A DNA stretch of 64,000 bases from Mobula hypostoma (lineage: Eukaryota), in contig NC_086120.1 in the NCBI RefSeq assembly GCF_963921235.1, forward strand, positions 8,184,001 to 8,248,000, written 5' to 3'. Shown in pieces: positions 12,826-25,853 of this stretch. The position numbers and the translations under genes were made by a program. Under the pieces are notes generated by a model that searched no databases, was not told the DNA's origin, and saw only the letters and a list, made by a program, of their open reading frames with translations. The stretch's first letter is position 1. Each line of letters begins with the position of its first letter.

Positions 12826-14466
12826 CAGACACAAAGAAATCTGCAGATGCTGGAAATCTAAAGCAACGCGCAGATGAAATGCCAGAGGAACCGAGAAGGT
12901 CAGGTAGCATCAATCAAAAAGAGTAAACAGTCAACGATTTGGGCCGAGACCCTTCATGAGTACTGGGAAAGACGGGGTGACGTCAGGGTAAGAAGGTGGG
13001 GGGAGCGGAGCAAGGTGGCAGGCGACAGGTGAAACCGGGAGGGTGGGGGAAGGTAAAGAGCTGGACGCTGATTGGTGAAAGAGAGAAAGGTCTGGAGAAT
13101 AGCGCGTGAAGACTGCAACATCAAAACCAGCGAGCTACTGGTCTCCCTCTCTCTGTGCCAGGAGTGAAACCTTTCTCTCCTTTGTTAGTCTGAGAAAGGG
13201 CCTTTAGATGTCGATGTGTTGGGATGAACAGTAGTGTTTGATGAAAGCTGGATCATGGTCACATTGGGGACTTTGTTTTCGCTTGCATGACGGGTGGGCA
13301 GTGAGCTAATGCTTTTGCTGAGGCAGGTGGGAGGAGATTTCATGTTTTGCTGCTGCGTGGGCGCGGCATATTGGGGTTCTAACATTTTCCTGTCATTCAT
13401 TCTTTGCGGTTTTTCTTCTGTTTCGTGGGTGTCTGTGAAGAGTAAGAATTTCAGGTTGCATATATTCATATATCAAATTGAACCATTGAACCATTGATTT
13501 TGATCGGAAAGGATAAAATACCTTGGAAGAACGTGGAAGGCGATGGGCATGTAAGTTGATAAGATGAGAGATGAGAGAGGGAAGTAGGAATGGATAAAGG
13601 TGGAGGAGGGGTGGGCAATTAGAAGAACTTATAGAAATTGATGTTCATCCTATCAGGTTGATGGCTACCCGGATGGAATATAATGTGTTGATCCTCTAAC
13701 CTGAGTGTGAGCTCTTTGAGGCAGAGGAAAAGGCCATGGACTGACTTGTCAGAATGTGTTTGGGTAGCCACTGGGAGATTCCACTTTTTGTGGAAGAGAG
13801 AATGAGGTTGCTCAGTGAAGTGGTCTCCCAGTCCACATCAGGCCTCACCGACATGCAGGAAGCCACACCGGGAGCACTAGATAAAGTGGATGATGCTAAT
13901 TAACGCGTGGGTGAAATGTCAGCTCACTGCTAAGGATTGCTTTGTGCCTTGAATGGTAACGAGGGAGGAGGTGTGGCACTTGCTGAGTTTGCAATACGAA
14001 GTACCAGGACAGAGATCAGTGGGAATGAATGCGTGGACATGGGAGTCACGTAGGGAACGATCCCTGAGGAAAACAGACCGTTGGGGGGGGGGGGATTTGA
14101 GGAAAAGATGTGCTTGGTTGTAGTAATCTCATTGGCTGTGTTGTAATTCACAGATAACTGCATGCTGGACGTGAAATCGACTGAGGTGGAAGGTGAAGAT
14201 AAGAGGAACCATTTCCCAGCTGTTTCGGTGAGCAGAAGGGGTGAGGGCAGATGTGTGCAAAATGGAAGAGATATGAATGAGGGCAGCGTTGATAAGGGAG
14301 GAAGAGAAGCACCTTTCTTTGAAGAAGGGGGGCATCTCAGTTGATCTGGATTGAAAACCTTAACCTGAGAGCAAATGCAGTGAAGACGGAGGAACTGAGA
14401 GAAGGGGATGTTATTTTTACAAGTCAGTGGGTGGGCAGAAGTGTAGTCCAGAAAGGTGGATACCAA
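12826..14466 (-). mobile_element. Penelope-like element with a nested ~380 bp repeat (~13110-13490)
   Basis: Penelope tail at ~12830-12970; minus ORF 13930-14466 (LDYTSAHPLTCKNNIPFSQFLRLHCICSQ). Confidence 0.75.
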
Positions 14467-16260
14467 AAGTTTTTCAGGTGTACAAAGAATAAAAAAGAGA
14501 TGAGAGTGGATAGCAGACAGCTGGAAAACGATGCTGGAGACATAGTAATGGGGGAAAGGAAATGGCAGATGAATTTCAGTATTTTGTATCAGTCTTCACT
14601 GTGGAAGACCGAAGAAGTATGTCAGAAATTCGTAAGCGTCAGGGGGCAGAAGTGAGTTTAGTTGTTATTTCTAAGTAGAAGGGGCTTGGGAAACTGAAAG
14701 GTCTGAGGGCCCATAAGTCAGATCAGATGGATTACACCCCAGGGTTCTGAAAAGATTGTGGAGACAGCAGTAATGATCTTTCCACAATTGCTAGATTCCA
14801 GAAGACTGGAAAATTGCAAATGTCATTCCAATCTCTAAGAGGGCAGTGGTAGAAGAGGATATTATAGGCCTGTTAACCTGATTTCAGAGGTTGAGGAGAT
14901 TTTGGAGTCTGTTATTAAAAATGAGATTTCAGGGTATTTGGAGATACATGATAAAATAGACCAAAGTCAACATGGTTTCCTTCAGGGGAAATCTTGCCTG
15001 ATAAATCTGTTGGAATTCTTTGAAGGTATAACAAGCAGGATAGACAAAGGAGAGTCAGTGGATGTTGTTTACTTGGATTTTTCATAAGGCTTTCGACAAG
15101 GTGCCACACATGAGGCTGCTTAACAAGATAAGAGGCCAATAGTATTAAAGGAAAGATACCAGCAAGGATGGAAGATTGGCTACTGGCAGGAGGTAAAGGG
15201 TGGCAATAAAGGGGGCCTATTCTGACTGGCTGCTGCTGATTAGTGGAATTCCACAGGGGTCAGTAATGGGTCTGTTTCTTTTCACATTATATGTCGATAA
15301 TTGGATGATGGAATTGATGATTTTGTGGTCAAGTTTGCAAAAGAGACAAAGATAGGAGGAGAGACAGGTAGTGTTGAGGAAGCAGAGAGTCTGCAGAAGG
15401 GCAGACAGGTTGGTAGAATGGGTGAAGAAGAGGCAGATGGAATATATAGTGGGAAATATATCTGTGTATAGTTTATAGTCACGCACTTCAATAGAATTAA
15501 TTAGGGCATAGACTGTACTGTATACTAAACAGAGAAAAAATGAAAAAAAAAATCGGGTAAAAAAGGGACTTGGGAGTACTTGTACAGGATTCCCTAAAAG
15601 TTGGCCTGCAGGTTGAGTTGGTGGTTAAGAAGGCAAAGGCAATGTTAGCATTCATTTTGAGAGGACTAGAATATAAGAGCAAGCATGTAATGCTGAGGCT
15701 TTATAAGGCATTGGTCAGACCATATTTGGAGTATTGAGAGCAGTTTTGGGTCCCTTATCTAAGGAAAGATGTGCTGTCATTGAAGTAGATTGAGAGGAGG
15801 TTCATGAGAATGATTCTAGGAACAAAAGGGTTAATGTGTGACGATCGTTAGATGGCCCTGGACCTGTATTCATTAGAGTTTAAAAGAATGGAGGGAGGAT
15901 CTCACTGAAACATTGAATATTGAAAGGCTTAGATAGAGTGGACATGGAGAGAATATTTCCTCTAGTGTATCCGTCTGGAACCAGAGGGCACAGCCTCAGA
16001 ACAGAAGGACATCCCCCTTGAACAGATGAGGGGGAACTTCTTCAGCCAGAGGGTGGTGAATCTGTGGAATTTATTGCCACACATGGCTTTGGAGGCAAAG
16101 TCATTGAGCAAATTGATAGAGGGTGTTGATGTTCTTGGTTAGTCAGTGCATCAAAGGTTACTTGGAGAAGGCAGGAGATTGGAGTTGAGAGGGATTATAA
16201 AACTACCATAATGGAAGAGCAGAGCAGAATCAATGGTCTGAATGGCCTAAGTCTACTGTC
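14467..16260 (+). pseudogene. 5'-truncated CR1 LINE, frameshifted RT
   Basis: SQHGFLQGKSCLINLLEFFEGITSRIDKGESVDVVYLDF in ORF 14902-15087; CR1 3' region follows. Confidence 0.85.
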
Positions 16261-17152
16261 TTACAGTTTGATGTGTCCCTCATCGAGCCTTTAATGGTTT
16301 GTTTTTCTATTGATATTGCCTGATCTGATGAGATTTCCATCACTTTACATTTATTTTTAATCTCATGTCAGCTCAGTTTTTCCCATCCTTTTCATACAAA
16401 AATCTAGACTGTCTGGCAAGTTCCATGGCATCTTATTAGCTGCACATAACACAGTATGTATCAGTACCTGCTCCATAAGCCATTTTGACTCACCTACGGC
16501 AGTGATTCCCATCCTCCCCACCTACTCTGCTACCAAAAACTGACTTGTATACCATTGATCTAATTCTGACAAAGGGTCAAGGAATCAAAACATTGATGGT
16601 TTCTCTTTCCACAGATGCTACCTGACCAGCTGCATGTTTTCAGTGTTTCTGCCTTATTTTCAGATGTCTAGTATCCAGAGTAATTTTTGACCTCAGAATA
16701 GGTTATGAGGTTTTCTATTCAGTACTAATGCAGGGATAAATTCAAGGGCTTCATAAAATGTGGAAAGCAATGTATTATAATGATGGAAAGAAATCTGAAG
16801 ATCCACAAACACAGATCATTAAAATATAATAGTCAGGTACAAGATATAATGATAAAAGTGATGGAACATCACCATTGATAATTAAATTGCTAGCATATTA
16901 GAGCAAGGAGGTTTTCCTCCAGCTGTTTAAATGTTTGGTTCGACTACATCTGTGTGTTCATTCAGGATACACAAGAGCATATGAGCGTGAAAGACTTAAC
17001 GGAAAGTTTTCAGCTTCTCAGAGTTACATTTTCAGGTCATATTATCAGATTACACACACTAAATTTGTATTCCCCAGAAGGGAGATACAGTAAAGCCATC
17101 TATCATACGTGAACAACTCCCGCTGGCATCTAATCTGCCTGCACTGCATTAC

Positions 17153-17318
17153 CTGAATGGTAGAACATAAAGGACTGATGTGTGGCATCGACAGCAACCG
17201 AAACCGGTCCATATTCGGCCGTAGCTTGAGCTAGAGCTTGTTCGTTACCTTGCGAAACAAAATAGTAATTGGAACATCTGGAAGCTTTGAATTCGACTTC
17301 ATAAGCACAGGTACCCTC
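17153..17318 (-). CDS. Single exon of a papain-family (C1A) cysteine protease, cathepsin L/S/K-like
   Basis: Translates EGTCAYEVEFKASRCSNYYFVSQGNEQALAQATAEYGPVSVAVDATHQSFMFYHSG, including the GPVSVAVDA motif. Phase-1 donor CAG|GTAATG at 17152. The expected acceptor reads ctg|GAG, with an AG 3 nt further in. No other cathepsin exons were found in the window. Confidence 0.85.
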
Positions 17319-17599
17319 CAGTTTAGAAAAACAAAACATGCTTTAAATACAATGTTATCATCATACAACCGAAAGGAATGACCAATGAAGGTATTCTGTA
17401 AATTCAGTGATATTCCAGAGAAATGAAGTGTACTTAAACTTAAAAAAAAGTACCAGAAGGATCCAATCCAATAAACTCCACAAACTACATTGCACTTTCA
17501 TTCGGTGTTGAACTCACTGATGTCAGTCTCACTCATTTCCGTACCATTGCACTCAAGGGCCAGTGCAATTCTTCACTGCAATTTTAATTAATTTCCCAG

Positions 17600-18470
17600 T
17601 CCTATCCTCTTGGTTCAAGATTGTTTAAAGTTATTTCCAGTACACAAATGTAAAGGAGAATAAAATAATTGTTCCTCTGACACTGATGCAACACATAAAA
17701 AACACAAGGTAATGAACACTAATAGAAAACCCAATAAATATAAATACACAAGATAGCTTAAATAGATTGTAAAGAATGCCCATAAAGTATTGCTGGGCAC
17801 AGGAGTGTCTGTACATTAGGTAACTCTGACAGGTAATGATAAAGTAGTGGTGGTGGGATGGGTTAGTGGGTCGGAGTGTTGATCAGCCTCACTGCTTGGG
17901 GAAAGTAACTGTTTTTGAACCTGGTGGTCCTGGCATGGATGCTATGTAGCCTCCTCCCTGATGGGAGTGGGATACAGTCCATGAGAGGGATGGGTGGCAT
18001 TCTCCATGATGTTGCTGCCTTTTATCCAGCACTTTTCCGTATATATTCCTTGATGGTGTGCAGGCTGGTGCTGGTGATGCGTTGAGCACTTTTAACAACC
18101 CTGTTGTAGAGCTTTCCTGTCCAGCACAGTGCAGTTTCTGTACCATACATTGATTTAGCATGGCAGGATGCTCTCTGCTACACATCTGGGGGCAGTATGA
18201 GTGTAGACTTGCATAGTCCAGCTCTCTAAGCCCCCTCAGAAAGAAGAGGTAGGTGTTGGTGAGCTTTCTCGATTGTGTAGAACATGCTCTGGACCATGAG
18301 AGGTTGTGTGAGGTGTGCACTCTCAGGAGTTTGACACTGCTTGCAGTTTCCACACCTGTGCCACTGATGTGCAGGGGGGAGTGAGTGGTGCCAGTTCTCC
18401 TGAGGTCGATAACCCATCCCCTTTGTCTGATTGACATTGAGGAAAAGGTTATTTGCCTGGCATCAGACCT
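17600..18470 (-). mobile_element. Rex1-type LINE 3' part
   Basis: Minus ORF 17889-18437 (VIDLRR..SPLHISGTGVETASSVKLLRVHTSHNLSWS). Confidence 0.8.
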
Positions 18471-18499
18471 TGAGGAAAGGGATCAATGTTTACTTAACC

Positions 18500-19200
18500 C
18501 TTCCTGTTTATTTACGTGCAGAACCTATTATTATATTTGCATATAAATTGCTAAGTTACTCTTAAACTCCATCTGTTTGGTAATCAATTTCAGTTGTCCT
18601 TGGCTAGTTTCTAAGAAGTACCCAATTCTCTGGCCTGCCACTAATCTTTGCAGCATTTTAAGTCTTTATTTTTCATTGATACCATCTTTAACTTCCTTAG
18701 TCATTCATCCTTATCATATGGCTTTCCTTCTTAACAGAACATATTTCTGCTGAGATTTACAAATTATCTCCTTAAATATCTGCCTCTACTGATCTGGTGT
18801 CTTACCGTTTAATCTAATTTCCAGTCACCTTTAGTCACCTCTTGTCCCTATTGTAATTGCCTTTGAACTATTTCAGTCTTTAGTCCCAGAGTCATAATCA
18901 AACAATTTGAAATTCTGAATATGGTCACTTTTCTGGAAGTTTCTTTCCACCATGAAGTTATTACAGGAAATCTGTCTCATTACAAAGTACTGGAACAAAA
19001 CTAGCTTGCTCTTTGGTTGACTTTTCAATGTTACTCTAAGAAACCTTTTCTGAATATACCCTATGAACTCATTCTCTTAACTACCCTTGCCAATTCAATT
19101 TGTCCAATCTATATAAAAATTTAAATCCCCCATAATTATTGCAGCATCTTTTCTACAAATACCCCATAATTGTCCCACAGTTTAGCAACTGTTAGAAAGC
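18500..19200 (-). mobile_element. Highly degenerate CR1 ORF2 fragment
   Basis: Nucleotide resemblance to the CR1 EN-RT linker seen at 22300-23600. Confidence 0.5.
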
Positions 19201-19214
19201 TGATACATCTCCCA

Positions 19215-20767
19215 TTGTCTCAGCTTGCTCCTGCCCACCAAACTGATTTCTGCATACCTCGACACTGTTTTATCCCCCCTTGTTTAATCCCTTCCCACCT
19301 CTGTTCATGAGACTTCTCACGCTTTGAATTTTTTCCATGATTTTAAGTTCCCTGGCCCCCACCGCTTTATTTTCACCATGGATGTCCAGTCCCCATATAC
19401 TTCCATCCCCCACCAGGAAGGTCTCAAAGCTCTCCACTTCTTTTTGGATTCCAAACCTAACCAGTTCCCCTCTACCACCACTCTCCTCCGTCTAGCGGAA
19501 TTAGTCCTTACTCTCAATAATTTCTCCTTTGGCTCCTCCCACTTCCTCCAAGCTAAACGTGTAGCCACGGGCATCCGTATGGGTCTCAGCTATGCCTGCC
19601 TTTTTGTTGGCTTTGCGGAACAATCCATGTTCCAAGCCTATACTGGTATCTGTCCCCAACTTTTCCTTTACTACATCGACAACTGCATTGGAGCTGCTTC
19701 CTGCTCACATGCTGAGCTCGTTGACTACATTAACTTTGCCTCCAACTTTCACCCTGTCCTCAAGTTTACCTGGTCCATTTCCAACACCTCCCTCCGCTTT
19801 CTAGATCTTTCTGTCTCTATCTCTGGAGACAGCTTATCTACTGATGTCTACTATCAGCCTATGAACTCTCACAGCTACTTGGACTATTCCTCTTCCCACC
19901 CTGTCTCTTGCAAAAATGCCATCCGCTTCTCGCAATTCCTCCGTCTCCGCCGCATCTGCTCTCAGGATGAGGCTTTTCATTCCAGGATGAAGGCGATGTC
20001 CTCTTTTTTTAAAGAAAGAGGTTTCCTTTCATCCACCATCAACTCTGCTCTCAAACGCATCTCTCCCATTTCACACACATCTGCTCTCACCCCATCCTCC
20101 CGCCGCCCCACTAGCAATAAGGTTCCCCTTGTCCTCATACATACAGCCCCATCAGACTCTGGGTCCAACATATAATATTCCATAACTTCAGCCACCTCCA
20201 ACGGGATCCCACCACTAAGCACATCTTTCCCTCTCCCACTCTTTCTGCTTTCCACAGGGATGGCTCCCTACGTGACTCCCTTGTCCATTCATTCCGCCCC
20301 GTCGCATCCCTTCCCACCAATCTCCCTCCCGGCACTTGTCCTTATAAGCGGAACAAGTGCTACACATGCCCTTACACTTCCTCCCTCACCACCATTCAGG
20401 GCCCCAGACAGTACTTCTAGGTGAGGGGACACTTCACCCGTGAGTCGGCTGGGGTGGTATACTGTGTCTGGTGCTCCCGACGCGGCCTTCTATATATTGG
20501 CAAGACCCAACGCAGGTTGGGAGACCGTTTCACTGAACACCTATGCTCTGTCCACCAGAGAAAGCAGGATCTCCCAATGGCCACACATTTTAATTCCACA
20601 TCCCATTCCCATTCTGATATGTCTATCCATGGCCTCCTCTACTGTCAAGCTGAAGCCACACTCTGGTTGGAGGAACAACACCTTATATTCCGTCTGGGTA
20701 GCCTCCAACCTGCTGGCATGAACATTGACTTCTCTAACTTCCGTTAACGCCCCACCTCCCCTTCGTA
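19215..20767 (+). mobile_element. Penelope-like retroelement (RT ORF 19324-20175, GIY-YIG 20421-20747)
   Basis: FTMDVQSPYTSIP, GIRMGLSYACLFVG and YYIDNCIG (YIDD changed to YIDN); GVVYCVWCSRRGLLYIGKTQRRL. Confidence 0.92.
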
Positions 20768-20789
20768 TAGCCTTACCTATAGCCTTATT

Positions 20790-23700
20790 TTTTTAACTAT
20801 GCTCCGTTTACCTATCTAAAAGTCCCTTAAAAAGACCCTATCGTATCTGCCTCCACCACCATTGCCTGCAGCCCCTTCCATGCACTCACCACTCTCTGAG
20901 TAAAAAACTTACCCTTGACATCTCCTCTGTACCCACTCCCCAGCATCTTAAACCTGTCTCCACTTGTGGTAACCATTTCAGCCCTGGGAAAAAAGCCTCG
21001 GACTATCACAAGATCAATGCCTCTCATCATCTTATACACCTCTATCAAGTCACCTCTCATCCTCCGTCACTCCAAGGAGAAAAGGTCGAGTTCACTCAAC
21101 CTATTCTCATGAGGCATGCTCCCCAATCCAGGCAACATGCTTCTAAATCTCCTCTGAACCCTTTCTATGGCTTTCACATCCTTCCTGTAGTGTGGCAACC
21201 AGAACTAAGCACAGTACTCCAAATGTGGTCTGACCAGGGTCCTACCCAGCTGCAACATTACCTCTTGGCTCCTAAATTCAATTGCACCATTGATGAAGGC
21301 CAATTCATTGTATGCCTTCTTAACCACAGAGTCAACCTGCGCAGCTGCTTTGAGTGTTCTACGGACTCGAACCCCAAAATCCCTCTGAACCTCCACACTG
21401 CCAAGAGACTTACAATTAAGACTATATTCTACCAACATATTTGACCTACCGAAACGAACAACTTCACACCTATCTGGGTTGTACTCCATCTGCCACTTCT
21501 CAGCCCAATTTTGCATCCCATCAATGTCCCGCTGTAACTTCTGACAGCCCTCCACACCATCCACAACACCTCCAACCTTTGTGTCATCAGCAAACTTACT
21601 AACCCATCCCTCCACTTCCTCATCCAGGTCACTTATAAATATCACAAAGAGTAGGGGTCCCAGAACAGACCACTGAGGCACACCAATGGTCACCAACCTC
21701 CATGTAGAATATGACCTATCTACAACCACTCTTTGCCTTCTGTGGGCAAGCCAGTTTTGGATCCACAAAGCAATGTCCCCTTGGATCCCATGCCTTCTTA
21801 CTTTCTCAATAAGCCTTGCATGGGGTACCTTATCAAATGCCTTGCTGAAATCCATATACACTACATCTACTGCTCTGCCTTCATCAATGTGTTTAGTCAC
21901 ATCCTCAAAAAATTCAGCCAGGCTCATAAGGCATGACATGCCTTTGACAAAACCATGCTGACTACTCCTATTCATATTACACCTCTCCAAATTTTCATAA
22001 ATCCTGCCTCTCAGGATCTTCTCCAACAAATTACCAACCACTGAGGTAGGAACCACTGGTCTATAATCTCCTGTGCTATCTCTCCTCCCTTTGTTGAATA
22101 AAGGAACAACATCCGCAACCCCCCCAGAACCCCTCCCCTCCCCACTGATGATGCAAAGGTCATCGCCAGAGGCTCAGCAATCTCCTTCCTCTTCTCCCAC
22201 AGTAGCCCGGGGCACATCTCACCCGGTCGCGGCAACTTATCCAATTTGATGCTTTCCAAAAGCTGCAGCACATCCTCTTTCTTAATATCTACATGCTCAA
22301 GCTTTTCAGTCTGCTGCAAATCATCACTACAATCACCAAGATCCTTTTCCATAGTGAATATTGAAGTAAAGTACCTTTGCTATTTCCTCCAGTTCAATAC
22401 ATACCTTCCCACTGTCACACTTGATAGGTTCGATTCTTTCACACCTTATCCCCTTGCTCCGCACATACTTGTAGAATGCCTTGGGGTTTTCCTTAATCCG
22501 GCCCGCCAAGGGCTTCTCATGGCCTATTTAGACTCTCCTAATTTCCTTCTTAAACTCCTTCCTATTAGCCTTATAATCTTCTAGATCTCTAACATTACCT
22601 AGCTCTCTAAACTTTTTGTCAGCTTTTCTTTTCTTCTTGACTAGATTTATTACAGCCTTTGTACACCACGGTTCCTGTACCCTACCATAACTTCCCTGTC
22701 TGATTGGAATGCACCTATGCAGAACTGCACACAAATATCCCATGAATATTTTTTTTTAGATTATGAGGATACGCAGTCCACTTTTATTGTCATTTAGTAA
22801 TGCATGCATTAAGAAATGATACAATATTCCTCCGGTGGGATATCACAGAAACATAGGACAGACCAAGACTTAAAAACTAACAAAACCACATAATTATAAC
22901 ATATAGTTGCAACAGTGCAACAATACCATAACTTGATGAAGAACAGCCCATGGCACAGTAAAAAAATTCAAAGTCTCTCGAATGTCCCACATCTCACGCA
23001 GACGGACGAAGGAAGAAAACTTTCCCTGCCATGCCCAACCACAGTCCGACTCTGAGTCATCCGAAAACTTCGAGCCTCCGATCAGCCCTCCGACACCGAG
23101 TACTGAGCACCATCTCTATCCGAACGCTTCGATCTCAACCTCGGTCGCCAGCAGCAGGCAAAGCCGGGGAGTTTGGGGCCTTCCCTCCGGAAGATTCTCG
23201 ATCGCACAGTAACAGCGGCAACAAACCGGCATTTCAGAAATTTCTCCAGATGTTCCTCTGTGCTTTCACGTATGTCTCCATCAAATCAGAATTGTCCATG
23301 GCCTCTATTTAACAGATACGATATCATTTCACTGGAGAGCTGCACGCGCTGCCATCTTCTCCCGCTTTATATTTGCCACATTTCTTCCGTACTTTTGCCT
23401 GAGAACATCTGTTTCCAATTTAAGCCTCCAATTTCCTGTCTGATAGCCTCATGATTCCCCTTGCTAACTTGTCTGTTCCTATCTCTCTCCAAAACTATAG
23501 TAAAGGATATAAAATTATGATCATAATCTCCAAAATGCTCTCCCACTGAGAGATCTGACACCTGATCAGGTTCATTTCCCAATACCAAATCAGGTACAGC
23601 CTCTCCTCTTGTAGGCTTATCTACATATTGTGTCAAGAAACCTTCCTGAACACACCTAACAAACTCCTCCCCTCTAAACCCCTTTCTCTGGGGAGATGCC

Positions 23701-25385
23701 AATCGATATTTGGGGAATTAAAGTCTCCCATGACGACAACTCTGTGATTATTACACCTTTCCAGGATCTGTTCCCCTATCTGCTCCTCAGTAGACCTGTT
23801 ACAATTGGGCGGACTATAAAGAAGCACCCAGTAAAGTTATTAACACCTTCTTGTTCCTAACCTCCACCCACAGAGACTCAGTAGACAATCCCTCCATGGT
23901 GTCCACCTTTTCTGCAGCCGTGCACTATCTCTGGTCAACAGTGCCATGCCCCACCTCTTTTGCCTCCCTCCCTGTCCTTTCTGAAACATCTAAAACCTGG
24001 CACTTGAAGTAACCATTTCTATCCCTGAGCCATCCAAGTCTCTGTAATGGCCACCACATCATATTTCCAAGTACTGATCCACGCCCTAAGCACATCCGCT
24101 TTGTTTCTGGTGTTAAAATAGACACAGCTCAAACCTTCTCTATCACCTGGGTGCCTATCCTCCCTCTCGCACTGTCTTGAAGGTTTCTCTATTTGTGAGT
24201 CAACCTCCTCTTCCCCATTCTCTTCAGTTCAGTTCTCACCCCCAACAATTCTAGTTGAAACTCTCCCCAGTAGTATTCGCAAATTTCCCCGCTAGGATAT
24301 TGGTCACCCTGGGATTCAAGTGTAACCCGTCCTTTTTGTACAGGTCACAGCAGCCCAAAAGAGGTCCCCATGATCCAGAAATCTGAGTTCCTATCCCCCG
24401 CTCCCATCCCTCAGCCACGCATTTATCCTCCACCTCATTCTATTCCTATTCTCACTGTCGCATGGCACAGGCAGTAATCCCGAGATTACTACCTTTGTGG
24501 TCCTTTTTCTCAGCTTCCTTCCTAACTCCCTGTAGTCTTTTTTAAGGACCTCTTCCCTTTTCCTACCTATGTCATTGGTACCAATATTTACCACGACCTC
24601 TGGCTGTTCTCCTTCCCACTGCAGGATATCTTGGACACGATCTGAAACATCCCGGACCCTGGCACCTGGGGGACAAACTACCATCCGAGTTTCTATCCTG
24701 CGTCCACAGAATCGCCGGCCTGACCTTCTAACTATAGATTCCCCTATCACTGCTGCCATCCTCTTCCTTTCCCTATGCTTCTGAGCCACAGGGCCAGATT
24801 CTATGCCAGAGGCACGGCCACTCTTGCTTCCCCCAGGTCGGCTGTCCCCCACCCCAACAGTACTCAAACAGGACTACTTGGTATCAAGGTGTACAACCAC
24901 AGGGGTACTCTCTAGTACCTGACTCTTCCCCTTCCCCCTCCTGACTGTGACCCACTTGTCTGTTTCCCTTGTCCCCGATGTGACCACCTGCCTATAACTC
25001 CTTTCTATCACCTCCTCGCTGTCCCTGACCAAGCAAAGTTCAGCGAGCTGCACCTCCAGTTCCTTAAAGCGGTCCCTTAGGAGCTGCAGCTCGACGCACC
25101 TGGTGCAGGTATGGCCGTCCGAGAGGCTGGGAAACTCCAGGACTTCCCACATCTGACAGCGAGCCCAGAAAACTGGCCTCACACTCATACTACTTCCTTT
25201 CCGCAATTAACACAGGTGAACCTACCACGCCTCTTCCCGTTACCGCATAACTCCGTTGAGCCAAAGCCCTATCACTCTATTGCCTCTCACTCCGCTGTGC
25301 GTTGGATATGGCGGTTTTCTTTGTAAGCCTTTCACGCTCTACTGGCTGACGTCACGCGCCTGCGCAGTCTCGCCTCTCTTTTATC
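20790..25385 (-). mobile_element. Near full-length CR1 LINE (5' UTR, ORF1 zinc finger and SGNH esterase, ORF2 EN-RT), frameshifted
   Basis: ORF1 pieces at 24874-25206 (ARCQMW..TCTRCVEL) and 24391-24867 (VIGESIVR, NIGTND). EN pieces at 23367-24125. RT at 21205-22056 (GVPQWSVLGP, FADD). Confidence 0.92.
22746..23365 (-). mobile_element. ~600 bp non-autonomous retroposon (SINE-like), copy 1 of 4
   Basis: Similar to 36900-37508, 40595-41600 and 62833-63455; ends in gacaataaa..cataatctaaaa; interrupts CR1 ORF2. Confidence 0.75.
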
Positions 25386-25393
25386 CTGAGTCA
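25347..25393. promoter_or_regulatory. CRE (TGACGTCA 25347-25354), NRF1-like (GCGCCTGCGC 25356-25365) and AP-1 (TGAGTCA 25387-25393) motifs at the CR1 5' end, ~100 bp upstream of the Ig VJ acceptor
   Basis: Motifs are read directly from the sequence; function is untested. Confidence 0.35.
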
Positions 25394-25496
25394 TAAAAAA
25401 CTTCCTTCGCAAGCGCAGCCGCAGCGGTTCTTGATGTGGGCTTTTGGGGTCACATTAAAAAGCAAATGCATAAAATTGCATTCCTGTCTTTTACAG

Positions 25497-25853
25497 CTGG
25501 AGAGTCCCAGACTCTGACTCAGTCTTCGACTGTGTCGGTGACTCCAGGAGCCATGGAGACGATGGAATGTAACATCAGAACGAAGTATACCAATAATGTA
25601 TGTCGGTACAAGCAGACACCTTGAAAAGCCCCGCAATAGCTCCTGTACTACCATCGCTTGCACCGCACTCCGACCTATGGGTCTGGGTTTAGCCAGAACC
25701 GTTTCAAGTGGTCAGCCAACAGCGCCGGCATCGTTTACCAGTTAAACATAAAAAATGTGGAGCAGAATGACACTGCAGTCTATGCGATCGGAAAGTGGGA
25801 TTTATCGGGCAGTTATTACTTGTTCGGCCCAGGGAACAAACTCTTTGTTACGG
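25497..25853 (+). pseudogene. Germline-joined V-J exon of an immunoglobulin light chain, sigma-like, pseudogenised
   Basis: Acceptor ttttacag| at 25496. Reads GESQTLTQSSTVSVTPGAMETMECNIRTKYTNNVCRYKQTP*KAPQ*LLYYHRLHRTPTYGSGFSQNRF..DTAVYAIGKWDLSGSYYLFGPGNKLFVT, then donor G|GTAAGT at 25854. The J motif FGPG is in frame with no RSS between V and J. Stops at 25622-25624 and 25637-25639, Trp41 changed to Arg, YYC changed to YAI. Confidence 0.9.

Larger units (their letters stand above)
4180..14466 (+). repeat. Segmental duplication, copy A (copy B at ~37510-48100)
   Basis: Same ordered chain Gypsy LTR / CR1 / RTE / Gypsy / hAT with RTE / spacer / Penelope with insert, and shared junctions. Confidence 0.85.

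Noticed and set aside
16495-16510. Strong minus-strand donor (AG|GTGAGT) as the next cathepsin exon
   Set aside because: The upstream sequence has stops or no cathepsin motif in any frame.
18535-18542. Octamer ATTTGCAT as the IgL promoter
   Set aside because: It lies next to a degenerate CR1, 7 kb from the VJ exon, with no leader ATG or splice donor after it.
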